A DNA stretch of 64,000 nt. Source: Octopus bimaculoides (lineage: Eukaryota). The translations under genes and the position numbers were made by a program. Location of the stretch: positions 5,418,681 to 5,482,680 of the forward strand of contig NC_068992.1 of assembly GCF_001194135.2 (NCBI RefSeq), written 5' to 3'. Below, one piece after another: positions 1-14,328 of this stretch (within the stretch, counting starts at the first letter, position 1; each line of letters begins with the position of its first letter). The notes below the pieces were generated by a model. The model did no database searches, was not told the origin of the DNA, and saw nothing but the letters and a program-made list of their open reading frames with translations.

Positions 1-4
1 GAGA

Positions 5-55
<51 letters not shown>

Positions 56-56
56 T
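5..56. repeat. (ATCT)n microsatellite
   Basis: Direct tandem ATCT units. Confidence 0.95.
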
Positions 57-104
57 TACATAGATATGCAAATATACATACGTATGCATATATGTATACG
101 CACA

Positions 105-210
105 CGATCGAATACGTACTGGGATCGATTTATTAGACTAAAACCTTTGAAAAGGGCGCCCCAGCATGGCCGTACTGAAATACCTGAATCGAGTAAAAGA
201 CAAAAGATAT
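105..210 (+). mobile_element. Type A SINE, 3' tail fragment
   Basis: GTACTGGGATCGATTT...GACTAAA...CCCCAGCATGGCCG...GAGTAAAAGA matches the 3' ends of the copies at about 24985-25084 and 57700-57804. Confidence 0.75.
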
Positions 211-451
211 GCAATATTCTTCCATTTTTAACACATTTTTTCGAAATACTTTTCTCAACTCCCAAATACCAAATTACTGCTAAATAACGAATCACTAATC
301 CTTTTCATTGAACTTAACCGCATTTCATTTGATCAGCAATCATAATGCGAGGACTACTTAAAACTGTTCGTGTAAATATAAATGGTGACATTATGGATAT
401 TGTTCACGCACTGTCAGGGTCCCGGTAAATGATATGGATATATCTGTATGC

Positions 452-463
<12 letters not shown>

Positions 464-548
<85 letters not shown>
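464..548. repeat. (TA)n microsatellite
   Basis: Long pure TA run. Confidence 0.97.
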
Positions 549-550
<2 letters not shown>

Positions 551-1857
551 CACACACATAACATATTCATATATGAATAATTAATACACGACTCAGGCAA
601 ACGCATGGGATCAGAAAATGCAGTCAATATATAAGCATATATGGACATTCCGCCTTATTTTAGGGTAAAACAAATAACACGATTCTCATAAAAACTTCTA
701 TATTCTGTCGTATGGCAAAGCAAGAATCTAGAGCGTGACATAATGTAGAGAATTAAACATTATTTCTCTTTTGTGCAAATATTCCAGCAAACAGCTCCGG
801 AATTTGGCATCAAAAATCAGACAGGATTACGCAGAATATTAATGAACAAAATAAATAGCCAGAAGTAAACATACCCACAACAATTTCGTAGAAGCATTGA
901 TGTTTATACTCATTTTGTCAATTCGCATCGCCATCCATGTGCAGGTTTCCAACAAAAAACAAAAGCAACAAAATAATGTATAAATAACACAACAAATTAA
1001 TGAAACATTCATGCGTGCGCACATAACACACATGCAAAACGACGTATTCACATGTCATATATTGAATATTCATGAAATACTGCATGCAGCACTATGTGTT
1101 TAGTTGTACATATATGTGTTGAGTATCTACGCTCTAATGTTATGTACTGTACATAGGGGAAAATATGCAATACGTCTGCATATGCGCATATACTAGACCG
1201 TTTTAAATGTACATTGTATGAAAGTGCATAGTATTTATGTATATGGATACGAAATAATTGATGCTTTTGCATAAATTTGTATATGTGAATGTGTATAGTG
1301 GAGAAAGTTTCCGCTTGTTTGAGAGTATATTTTTTTTATATTTCAATGCATAACGAAATAAATACCATGTATATAGATTCATATACATGATATACTTGCA
1401 CACAGACATACACACACTTACTAACACACAGGATTAATTATCAGAGAGTTCGGGGTTCAACCTATGCTTTGTTACGTCTTGGATTCGAATAACCCACATT
1501 ACAATCGGAGTCGACTTTATCTCCAGTGGTTGCAGGATGTCTAACGACGCTTGGGGGAGGAGGATTTGTTACTGCTGCTCAATCTATTGTTATATGTAAA
1601 CTATGTTTATACATATTTGCTGTTGTGTAACGAAGCTGAAATAAAGTAGGTGATCGACAGACTAGAATATTATGACAATCAAAGCCACAACTTGATGTCT
1701 CTAAACTTTGGAATGGTTTCCTATTATGAAATTTTAATAAATTTGTTTGGACATGAAAAATAAAGAAATGTCTCCATAAGTTAATTCATCGAATTCATAT
1801 AAGCAACATTATTTGGTTTAGTATAACGTTTAATGCAGAAATATTAATGTATCTGTA

Positions 1858-2185
<328 letters not shown>

Positions 2186-3433
2186 TGTGAAATCGTGTGA
2201 ATATGTATATGCTGCACATGATAGTGAGCGTGTTTCATTATTTTATAATATTTGACTGTAAACCTAGAAACAGAATTATATATATTTCAATACATACATA
2301 TAATATTAGCACGAAAGAATGAAAAAAGAGATTCGGATATTTCTAGTAAGGATGATTATTATTTTCATATCCATTTTACATGCAATATCTATATTTAATG
2401 TCACATATTTCTCTCGCATTCTAATTGTAAAGACCTGAAATTTGTCTAGGAAACAAGTATTTGTTAGAATAAGATTTACAAAAAAATAATGTCAATCATT
2501 TGCTTTATCTATTTACCATTCTCTAGCTAGAAGTTTTAATATTTCCTGCTTTTTATGTATTTTTTCCAATTTTGGCATTTAGTTATCTGTCTAAAATTAA
2601 CATTTATTACCGTCTTAGAGAAACGAATGTTGTGGAAACGTGTTGAATATTGATGTCATCATAAATATGAAGAACTGGACATTAATAAATTTACTTTGAG
2701 AGGGGTTTAATTTTTCACACTTAAATGTAATAAATCTTTACTATATAGTTGGAATATATTTCAGATTTATGTCATCATAAAACCAACAATGATAGTGCTT
2801 TTGTTGTCAGTAGTAATGTCTAAAATTTTATTTATCAGATAAATTATGTAAATAAATTTTTTCAGACAATGTGAAAACCAATGTTTTCTTTCACGAAAGT
2901 ACTCGGACAGTCTATAAAGTTTGTCTCCTGGGACAGAATTCGTTTGATTCGTTGCAAATGAAGTGAATGTATTAGGCTGTACAGAAATGTAAATTAAGTC
3001 AATGTTTGGAAGTAATGGTCAAAGAAACGTAAGAAAACTTTGTTTATGAGCAAAATGATGTGACTAGATTCATAGTGAAGGAAATCATTTAAGTGACTGA
3101 GATTGAAATCATAATATGCTGAAAAAGTTTCGCAAAAGCATAAGCAGCATCTATTCGATCTCAAGTTTTAGCGATTAAAGAACATATTGATGCATTTAAC
3201 ATATGCATTACTACTATTCACATTCCATTTATTCTTTGCAAATCATAGAACAGTTATAAGATTTTTTGTCAAATCAGTTTCGTTAGGAAAAGGCTTTTGT
3301 CACAGGGAGGCACATGAAACGCAAACGACTGATTCTGTTACCATGAAATTGATGTAAATTGATGTAAATTTACAGAACTAAGTTTTGCATAACTAAAAAA
3401 TAATCTCTGAGACAAATAGAAATCTCTCCAATT

Positions 3434-3436
<3 letters not shown>

Positions 3437-3481
<45 letters not shown>

Positions 3482-3482
3482 G

Positions 3483-3516
<34 letters not shown>

Positions 3517-3557
3517 TGTATATATGTATGTATTTATGTATGTATGTATATATATTT
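3437..3557. repeat. (TA)n/(TATG)n compound microsatellite
   Basis: Direct tandem units. Confidence 0.93.
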
Positions 3558-4114
3558 GTAGCAGAATACTATCCAATGATGGTGAAGATTAAGAGACAAA
3601 AAAGTTTCCATTCAGTCGTAATACATATAAAATGATTAAAATTATATTAAATTTCTTATAGAAGTAAAACAGGAGGAAATGTATTTACTTATACTGCATT
3701 AATGTTATCACACAGATATAGACGGCAATAAAGAAACGCTTCTCGCGTGGATTTTATTCGCGTCATATTTAGAGAAGCGTAATGCTACATATGTATATCT
3801 CTCTTGAATATCTGCGCTTGCAGAAATTTGAGAAAAAAATAATTAAAAAAATAAAGCGTCTATATAGCCAAGAAATAATACTGACTCGTTTCATCAGCGA
3901 ACGTTTAATCTATATTTTCCAGAATTTAAAAAGTATTTCTTAGTTTGCAGTCACGCATTCTTTAGGAAATGGAAAAAAAAAATAGTAAAACAAAACCTAG
4001 CGAAACATCACTACAAATGAATATGTATTCGTTCTGATTGGAAATATATAAAATCGATTTAGATGTTCATTCAATACAAGCAGACAGAGATATGCGCACA
4101 CGCGCGCACACACG

Positions 4115-4163
<49 letters not shown>

Positions 4164-4809
4164 CTATATGCACATATTTGCACACATACATTTATAAGTG
4201 TGTGTGTGTATACAGCGATAAATGTGCGCACATATATAATCTGGTAAAATACTGTTATAAATAGTCATTATCGATATTTAAAATTTGTTTTTAAATTTAT
4301 AAAATAAAAATGTATTGAACTAGTTTTGTCGATGCAATGAAACAAATAATTTACATAGACAGAAATACATGTTATTTTTAAATGCAATATTATATGTAAA
4401 ATATATTTGAATTTCTCAGAAAATAAAATAGTAAAATGGTATAAAATTGAAAATAATATTTTTTTCTAATATCTATTCGAAATTTAAATTATATGAATAT
4501 ATTTAGAACTACATGTATGAGATTATTTTTCACATGTATTTACTTAAAAATTTACTTGTGTGCAGTAATTTGTTCGTATATTTTGATTGTCTTGTTTTCC
4601 TTTCGTTCCAAATACGTCACGAGCAAAATATTTTGACAGTAAAGTATGAATAATAGCTTTAACATCTGTAGAATCATGCAAATCTAACTTTATAAAATAT
4701 GAATAGTTTAAAAGGTGTGCTTATATGTGCGAGTGTTTTTATGCTATTGTTCTCCCTTTTATGTACAGGCATTTTTACATATAGACAATATAGAGTTGTT
4801 TTCGTAATA

Positions 4810-4895
4810 TCTCATCGATATTGAAATATATGTTATTAATGAATGTTCCAATGTTTGTTGCAATAGAATCTTTTCCATATGGTCCAGTAAAATAT
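4810..4895 (-). mobile_element. Possible tiny Penelope-like element remnant
   Basis: Minus-strand translation YFTGPYGKDSIATNIGTFINNIYF resembles the PLE motif WFNPPY..V.TNIG. The match is short. Confidence 0.3.
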
Positions 4896-4969
4896 CATCA
4901 CTTTATTGGTTACAATTTCAAATTCTGCTTTCTCGTCTTAAATGCAACTCATTTTTCTAGTTGGTCTCA

Positions 4970-5035
4970 TTTGCTGAACCGCTGCTACAGGGACGTGAAT
5001 ACACCAATACCAGTTGTCGAGCGGTTGTGGGGTGT
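4970..5035 (-). mobile_element. Type A SINE, diverged internal fragment
   Basis: GAACCGCT..CAGGGACGTGAATACACCAATACCAGTTGTCGAGCGG matches the reverse complement of 57630-57680 and the segment near 30545-30565. Confidence 0.6.
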
Positions 5036-7232
5036 GGCAAATTGAGACAATTGTTTTGTGTGTCTCTTTGCCCCCCATTTTTTTCTCTTTTTTGCCCCCA
5101 GTTTTTTTTTCTCTCTTTTTTTTATGCATTTACCTTATTATTCCCCTTCTCTTCGGATCCTTTTTCTGTGTGTCAATTATTTTCTTTTCTTTTCGTTTAC
5201 TTATCACTTGGAGCACATAGAAATACAATAACGCCCAACATTTATACTTTTTCTTATATATCACTCAGTGGAAAAATCAAGTTTAAGTGGGGAACACAAC
5301 TATGGACTACCAAAATAGAATGGCCATGCTCTAAAATCTTGGAACCTGACTTAGGATTGCATGTTGTTCACTGGCATGGGTATGAAAACATGATTTTAGC
5401 CCTGTGTATTTCTGTTAACAGAGAGCAGAGAAATGGCATGAAGTATTTTGCCAGGATTGACAATAACTCATTAAAATGTCTTTATATGCGTGTGTTTGTG
5501 TGTGTGCGTGTGTGCGTGCGTGTGTGCCTGTATGTGTGTATAGGCACGTGTACGTAAGAGAGTGTATACCCATACACACGACTGGAGTCAAAATATAATT
5601 TACCCTTCTCTACTTGTATTAACAAACACCACAATGAGCTTTATGTGTGTAGGTATGTATACGTATACACACACAAGAAGTCAAAATATAATGCAAATAA
5701 GAAATACTTTCTGAATTGTCCTCACATCATTTAACAATTATTTTATATACGCGAAGCCATGTCGTATAGTATTATGGAATAGTCTATATAAGTACGGAGA
5801 CTATATTCTTGGAGATATTTGATTTCATTAAACGACATAAGAGTTTTTCTTTTGTATTCTTATACTTATATAATATATTTTCATAATGATTATATTTTCA
5901 GAAAATGAGCATGTGATATATTTAAAATTCACAATCCGAATTATTTATTTAAAAACAAAAATAATTAATGTTACTAATTTAAGCATGTTTCATTTATGAG
6001 AAAGTAAACAACAATAAATTTAGCATTTATGGATATTTTTTATCTCTTAATATAAATAAAATATTTAATAGATTTGCGATGTATGCGTAATTAGTCTGTG
6101 TAGGGATAATCTCATTAACTTAATACAATATTCACTTCATCAGAATATTTCTTTGCATAAATGGATGCTAAATGGTATTATGCGTGTGTGTGTATGCGCG
6201 CGCGCTCGGTCGTGTGTATGTGTGTGCATGTGTTAGAGAGAAAAGTAATATATTGAGAAAAGTAAGTCGTCGGAATTTTGGAATTTTTATTTCTTCATTA
6301 TTATTAGCGCTTTCTTTCCTTTCTCGAAGTGCTCCAATAAAATTTTGTGAATGTACAAACAGCTTGTTCATTATATCAAACACATGTTTTTTTTCTTTTT
6401 TTTTTTTGGGGGGGGGTTAGAAGAGAATACTATTTTTTTGTTTTTGGTGTAAGGTTCCATAACAATGGAGATGGATATATAGATGTATAGGTAGGTATAT
6501 AGGCTGATAGATAAATGGATAGACAGGTAGATAGATAAAATTTTGTTGAAAGACCTTGTACTACTTCTATCTCCGAGACATGGTAATTATTGTTACTTAG
6601 CTGAAATCGCCGTCAAATAATCTACGATTTGGATTACTAAGAATATAATTTGCAGAATACAAGCTATAACTAACGTATAATGATTCTGAAAGTAACAAAT
6701 CATTTGTCATATATGGAAATGTAAGTAAACATTTGATCAATCGGAATATGAAATATTCGTTATGATTATGCACAAAATAATATGGTAAATGCAAAAATAA
6801 ATTAATTTTGTGGTTGTAAAATTTAATGCTTATAAAAGAGTAAAATCATAAACGGAAGAAATAACTCAATAAATACATGCAGCTTTAAAATATTAAATTA
6901 TTGGACAACGTTCTGAAAATTCTTGCTAAAAAAGTAATTACATACATGATCCGTGTGTTCGTTATCCCCAAATACATTATGGAAGAGATAAGCAGTAAAA
7001 CCAAAGCTAGATATACATCATACATGATCAATTGGGTTGACATTGGAAGGAATATTTCATCGAAAATATAAATCACGTGTGTGCGAAATGCAAATATACA
7101 TTATTCTCTACAGCTGCACACATTTATACACTCATACACACACACATATATGTGTATGTATATAAGTATGTATAGACACATATGTATGTATATACACATA
7201 TGCATGCATATACGAATATATATACATATAAT

Positions 7233-7270
<38 letters not shown>

Positions 7271-7585
7271 NNNNNNNNNNNNNNNNNNNNNNNNNNNNNN
7301 NNNNNNNNNNNNNNNNNNNNNNNNNNNNNNNNNNNNNNNNNNNNNNNNNNNNNNNNNNNNNNNNNNNNNNNNNNNNNNNNNNNNNNNNNNNNNNNNNNNN
7401 NNNNNNNNNNNNNNNNNNNNNNNNNNNNNNNNNNNNNNNNNNNNNNNNNNNNNNNNNNNNNNNNNNNNNNNNNNNNNNNNNNNNNNNNNNNNNNNNNNNN
7501 NNNNNNNNNNNNNNNNNNNNNNNNNNNNNNNNNNNNNNNNNNNNNNNNNNNNNNNNNNNNNNNNNNNNNNNNNNNNNNNNNNNNN
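7271..7585. other. Assembly gap (N). Other gaps: 14329-14777, 19494-19504, 30106-30398, 34499-34683, 45294-45469, 50077-50687, 51355-51609, 52462-52471, 53298-53529, 54958-55030, 59295-59510
   Basis: Runs of N, mostly bordered by (TA)n or (CT)n, as expected for a short-read assembly breaking at microsatellites. Confidence 0.99.
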
Positions 7586-10500
7586 CATATATATATGAAC
7601 GTATGCTTGTGTGTGTATATATGCATTTACAAAGGCACGCAAATATCTATATCCACAAATATGCTTATATATACATGAGTGTGAGAGGGACGTGAATGTA
7701 TTTTTCTGTTTTTATGTTTGTGTTACGTGTGAATCTAATTCTTAAACATTTGAGGCGATTTAATAATTTATTTCATATTTGAAATGCAACGAGTAATTTA
7801 AAAACAAAACCATCGATTTGTCTAGATATTTGCTTATTAATATAAGATTTGCAATTAATGAATCAATCAGTTCAAATTGAAAACTCGTTATATAGTTAAT
7901 GATAACCAAGTATTTACTTTCAAATATTTCATACAACATTTTGAATTACTATTCTCAGATTTTCATACATGTGGCCAGAACATTATGTGTAAATACATGA
8001 ATCTGTTGTAGGTACATACATTAAAATAAATATGTACAGACGTATGTGCACATATGTTTGTGTGCCTGTGTTACGTGCGTGTGTGTACGTGCGTGAAATA
8101 TGCTGAAATTGTACACATTGTAACCGGAGTTTCACGAACATTGAGTGATTCATATATAATCTCACACACAAAATCACATATACAGACAAGTATATCTGAC
8201 ACACACACCCGCACACACACACACACCCGCACACACACACACACCCACACACACATCGTGGAAATAGACTACGTATAAGATTACAGAATTCTGGTTTATA
8301 TAAAACTTGCTAATGTCATGCTTCTTTATGTGTAGTTGTTTTTTTACGAATCCTATTCCCAAGGCTTCTTGTATATCTGTAGCTCTTCTACCTTGATGTT
8401 AGCAATGCATTTTTAAAATGGCTTGGCCAGTTACTCACTGGCAAAGATAATCACTGTTCAAAATTAGCGTCCTGTGATTTTCATGAACTGCATTGTTACT
8501 AGCAGATTTCAGCGCATTTGTATTGTCATATTTTTTTTTTAAGTGTATGAGAGCATCAGTGATAATATATGATTTTCAAACTTTTTGCAAGATGTTCAGA
8601 AACTGCAGCATCATTCAAAGATGAAACCTTAAAATGAAAGCTGTGTGACATTCCATGTTTTTCGAAATGTACAATGATGTCAATACACAAACTGTCGCTA
8701 CGACAAAGTTTGCGGATATCCAAACAAGATCACTATCGCAGATGGTTATTACTGCCAAAGCTCTGGATTGTCATTGGAGAACACATATCCCACACAACTT
8801 AACTTCAGTGAAAAATTTTCAGATCTGGTTTTATAGGATACACATAATGAATCAAACATCCCCAGATAAATATTTCGCATATTAAATAATCTCCCGAAAT
8901 ATTCTTTAAATCTGATTACCAATATATTCTTCATTTAAAGCTTGCTCTCATAAATATTACAGACTAATGCTTGAGATGTACCAGCTTTTTGCATAAAGGG
9001 AAACTGCAATATTTTTTTATCACAAATCACTTTCTTCTAGCAAAATACATAGATGGTTTGCTGGAGATGCAAAGTAATTGCTTATCCGGAAACGGTTGAG
9101 TGAAAAAAATACTGATTAAGAAGAGGCATATGCACGAATAAATTGACAGCTTACACACAAACATACAAATCGAGAAATTACGTCGATAAATGCTCTGTAT
9201 AGTATAGTTGAATAACTAAGGATGTCATGTACATATGTTTTTTATCTTGAGAAAGAAATGAACCTCATTGAACACCATACATTTATTTGTTAAAGGCATT
9301 TCAATGCCATTAAATACTTATGAAATATTTCGAAAGTTAAAACGACAGGGTAAATATATACGTCAATCATTTTCCCTTGAAGTGTAACCTTATTTTATTT
9401 GTTCAAATCACATAACAAAACCACCAGTCAGAAAATATTATGAAGACTATTTTTAAGCGAGTTCATTTCCCTAACAATAGAGGCTTCAATCTAAATTATT
9501 CCATTGGTTAGCACATGTTACATTATTGTTTTGACGTTCCTGTCATAAGACATTTCCAAACCTAAATTCATCTTTTAACAGATATATTGCGATATTCACA
9601 ATACTTTTAATTGTAAATGTATAGGCGATTTCCACTCTGGATTCTGTAACGTACTGAGCACATTCCTCATATATACATCATACTAAGACAATAAATGCCT
9701 CAGGAAATTTACTCGTGAGAAATTTCTCTATGCAAACAAATAAATTGCTAGAAATTGCAGGAATAAAAACGATAGCTTATACCTTGCCATCTTTTCCGAT
9801 GCAGTCTTTTATACTATGTGTTTATGTAATACATGTGCCCTTACACAAGCCTTTTATAATACGAGCTTACTTTCTGAGCCTCCAAATGTCCGGACTGTAT
9901 TCGGTAAACTAAACAGCTAAGACAAACAGTGTTTATTAGGATGTGTTCAAATTGGTGCTAAAGCCGTCGACTTTAATCTAGAATAAAAATTTGATAGGTA
10001 GGCTTATTAGATGTGTAATAATGGAATTACTATAATCGAAAACTCTCGTAAAAAATGTCTGGAAACTTCATGAATGCCTCTGGTATATAATTAAGTTTAT
10101 AATTTAGCGGATTTTTGTTATTTTATTTTTAACTTCACGTGGAAGTTAGCAATTGACGATTCTTATAAATACGTAAGATGAAAAAGGTATCATTACTTCA
10201 ATTCATAATTATAAAAAGACTGACCATGGTATGCATTGTAGCAAAAATAATTTTGTGTATGCTGACAAGAAATCATCATCAAACGTGATGCATATCTAAA
10301 GTTTGTAATCGTTCGGAGAACATTTACACTGATTTTAATCACAAATGGAACAGAATCGGAATAAACATTCAGATATCCATGTTGTGAACAAACAAAAAAA
10401 TAATAATAAATAAATTGATATAATGTAAAACCGAGGACAAATTTGTGTCAGATATATTTTTAATTGACAGCAGAAATAATTCAACATGGTAACAGAAGTC

Positions 10501-10924
10501 GTCTATATTTGATAGGAACACCGTAAACGAAAATGTTTTAGAACCTCACCGTCCATCAAAGGCAATTTCTAAACTAATCTTTGAAAATTAAAGTAATGAC
10601 AGCAATATTATCTAAGAGAAATGGTCACTGCGCTGTTCCAAATTTCATAAAATGAAATTCTGATAATTGCTTATAATACATTGGAGAACATTAGTTAAAT
10701 AATAATGATGAACAAACCTATAAATCATGCAATGAATTATACCTCTAACTCTAAAGTTTTAATCAAAGCAACATCATGCTAAGATGTCATGAAAATTGCA
10801 ATGAAACGCAGTTTATAAAAGAAAATCATCACTCTAAATGCTGCAATATAGTCGGTTTAGAAATGAAAGTGAATGTGATATAAGATTTTAAGAATACTAT
10901 TACTAAAGAAAATAATTATTCACA

Positions 10925-11047
10925 GTCGAATGCAGCGACCCGAGTATGCTACAGGTACTTATTTCATCGACACTGAAAGGATACAAGTGAGAATTGTAAA
11001 GTCGGAGAAAATGCCGCAAATGGTTTTGTCCGGCGTCGTGTGCACAG
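10925..11047 (-). mobile_element. Type B SINE, old diverged copy
   Basis: GACCCGAGT...GGTACTTATTTCATCGAC..GAAAGGAT...GAAAATGCCGC...TTTGTCCGGCG aligns by eye to 60725-60855. Confidence 0.6.
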
Positions 11048-12899
11048 CAACAAATACAGCGAAAAAGCACACTCAACCACAATATTAATAATGTTTTATA
11101 TAGGCAAAAGTCCTGAAATTTATAGTAGGAGTGCAATGAAATAAATGTCTCATATATAGCATATTTTTGCTCTTAACTTACAAAGACTGAGCAACAAGTA
11201 GCTCTGTCTCAAGCACTCGTCTCCTGCAAAGTTTAATGAAAAACATTGATTTAGGTATTACTTATATTCTTCAAACCTGAGCATAACAATATCAATTTCA
11301 TTCTAGTTTAAATTTCAAACAAAGAAGTAACTTCGTTTAACACTGACTACACACTGTCCTTTAACTTTGAAAATTTATATTTGTCACCAACACTTTAATA
11401 TATTCATCATACAAATGACTCTTTTGATTTCAACATAAATACATCATATTGCCTTCATAAAGTATTCTCAATACACCATTGAACGAAAACATAGAAATTA
11501 GCATTAGAAATTAGTAGACATTATTCCATCTACAGTGAACTGTGGACAGCATACCAGAATTCATTAGCATATCTATTGGAATAGTTTCTATAGTGAACAC
11601 TAAACTATGGAAATTCAAATCAAGAGACAAAACAATTAAAATACCGAAGAACACAATTCAACTAGGGAAAAGTGTTGTAGATAAGAAAATGAAATACTAA
11701 TATAATCACTCACATACATACAGGCGTATGATCATTCTTACATTAATAAATATACACATTAATACAGATACAACTAAAAACAAAGGAAATGCAAATTTAA
11801 GCATTACATCTCAGTTATAACGAAAGGAAAATAAATAAAAGAACGTTATGCCGTCAAGGTGGGTAATGTATTTTGGTCTAATATTATATTGTCCGTGAAC
11901 GATCGTATTGTTTATGGTAATCAAAATTACAATTTGCACGATTTAGTGTCCGAAATATTATTCAAATTTTGTTGCATCAGTTTGATTTCCATCATTCGAT
12001 TAATTTTCTTCATTGTAGTTTTACCATATCCATTCAGGAATTAACCTGTATCATCGATGTAGTTACCAGAGCATTTGCAATAATTCCTTCCTGCAAACCA
12101 GTAAATATAGAACATTAGAAGCACGGAAGATATATTTTCTATCTAAAATATAAAAATCTCTGGTACATGTTTATCTACCGCGTTATATAAAAACACGAGA
12201 TACGACTGAAGAAAATTAATCATATTAGAAGCATGTTATAAGAAATGATAGCATGGAAGGGGAAGAAATAGTACCCAGGAACTGTGTAGGCGTGAATGAT
12301 TGAACGTAGCCGCTCACTGAAACAAGATATATAAGTGTACTTATATAAAATTACACGTTGTGGAAGATAAGAATTAATAAGGACAGACAAATTGAATCAA
12401 AACATTTTCATTTCTTGTCTTGAACGACAAACCTTTTGAAATAACAGGATGTGCCATGCGATATATGAAGGTTTCATATATGTTTTGCACTCAAGCAATC
12501 ATAAAGATTTCTGTGGAAACGAAACATGTGCGTAACGTAAAATCATACATCTCAGTAGAGCATATGGCATAACTACTTAGCACCTATCTGAGAATATCAT
12601 AGAGATATTAACTCCGTCGGTAAATACACAAACTGATATCAGCGATTATTCATATAGGTTTTATTCTAATGTCTCTGCTCCTTTTCCACAAATGTGCACA
12701 ATCATTTTTATCACTTTTTATTTTGAACTGAAGAGGCACAGACTTGTCCTACCGAAGTTACTATAGCGAAGAGAAAAACACGGGGAAGACACTGGATTGG
12801 TCACAAAACTCGCTAACATAACTTGTGCACCGAAATATTCAGATAAAACATGTATGTTGCGGTATTTCAGATAACTACGATAATCGTCAGTCGACAAAG

Positions 12900-12902
<3 letters not shown>

Positions 12903-12953
<51 letters not shown>

Positions 12954-12968
12954 AGAGAGAGACAGAGA
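12903..12968. repeat. (GA)n microsatellite
   Basis: Direct tandem units. Confidence 0.95.
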
Positions 12969-14195
12969 GACGCCTCAGATGTATATGTGTGTATGTGTGT
13001 ATGCCTCTGTATGTATGTGTGAGAGTGAGGCTCTGTGCTTGTGTTTGCGTGAAAATGTGTGTGTAAGTAATTAATAATATTCCATGTCTAAGTCTCCAGG
13101 GTCTAAGAAGCATGCAGCAGTGCTATCAACATATGTATAACTGTGTCAATTTTTAATTTGAATTACGAAAGGAAATCTAGAAATGGAATTACATGCTGAA
13201 ATACATTGCAGTATTTGTTACAGACTTTTTACTTTCTAAATTTAAAGTCGGCTTGTTCAATAAACAGGGAGCAAGAACATATCTATGAGGTATTGAGTTC
13301 GTTTCCGCCAAATTCTCTGGACTTACGTCTATGCCTGAAACGATTTTATCTGATTGAATATTTTTACAACACTTATTGCTTGCATTATATATGAATTACT
13401 GCGGTTTGTCACAAAATGACATACAATAAGAAGCAATGCGCTATTTTCAAAAGTGTTATTTAAAAATGTCATGAGGGACCCAGCAGATACACATTTTAGC
13501 GGCTGATTTCCTTTTAGCCGTTAAGTATTGCATTCTACTTTTCTTTTTAAATTATGCCACGAAATTAACAGGAAAATCAATTTATTCTAATGTTTAAAAT
13601 GAAGGTAGTTAACGTTTTATTTAATTTCTATTTTCTATTATAAATAAAGCTACTTAGAGATAAGTAGGATTATTCAGTTTGATTTTATTTTTCACGTTTA
13701 AATTAGCAAATAACTTTTTTTCATCTAGTAATAAAATGTTGAAATCCGTTTGAATCAAGGTAAGTGGAATCAAAGAAAAAATTCGTTTACACTCAATAAA
13801 AATCAATACCAATTCGCTAGTAGATTTAATTGTTGTCTTCCATAGTTTATAATTCAAGACAACATGAAATAAATCAACATTAATACTCAATGGTAAAATG
13901 AAATATTTTTGATTGTTTATAGTAAGATTTTTTCTATTTTCAATAAGGAGTAGGCCTTTAGAGGAAAACATACGTAAAATAAATTATAAATGTTTCTCTG
14001 CCGCTGTTTAATGCTGATGTTGATGGTGAAAATAAATAAATAAAGCAAACATGGCTTTCAACTTTCTAAATTTTATTTTGGGAAAATGATAACTACAGTA
14101 AAACTCAACTCAATGCATTAAATATGAAAAAGGTTATGCAACATTAAACCTTAATTTAATTGAAATTCTTTATAAATTATATATGAGCGGTACAA

Positions 14196-14328
14196 GGCAC
14201 AGGAGCGGCTGCGTGGTAAATAGCTTGCTTACCAACCACATGGTTCCACATTCAGTCCCACTGCGTGGCACCTTGGTCAACTGTCTTCTACTATAGCCTA
14301 GAGCCGACCAAAGACTTAGGACTGGATT
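14196..14328 (+). mobile_element. Type A tRNA-derived SINE, 5' part (runs into gap)
   Basis: GGCACAGGAGCGGCTGCGTGGTAA (A-box-like) ...CCACATGGTTCCACATTCAGTCCCACTGCGTGGCACCTTGG... Same head as 24714. Confidence 0.85.
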
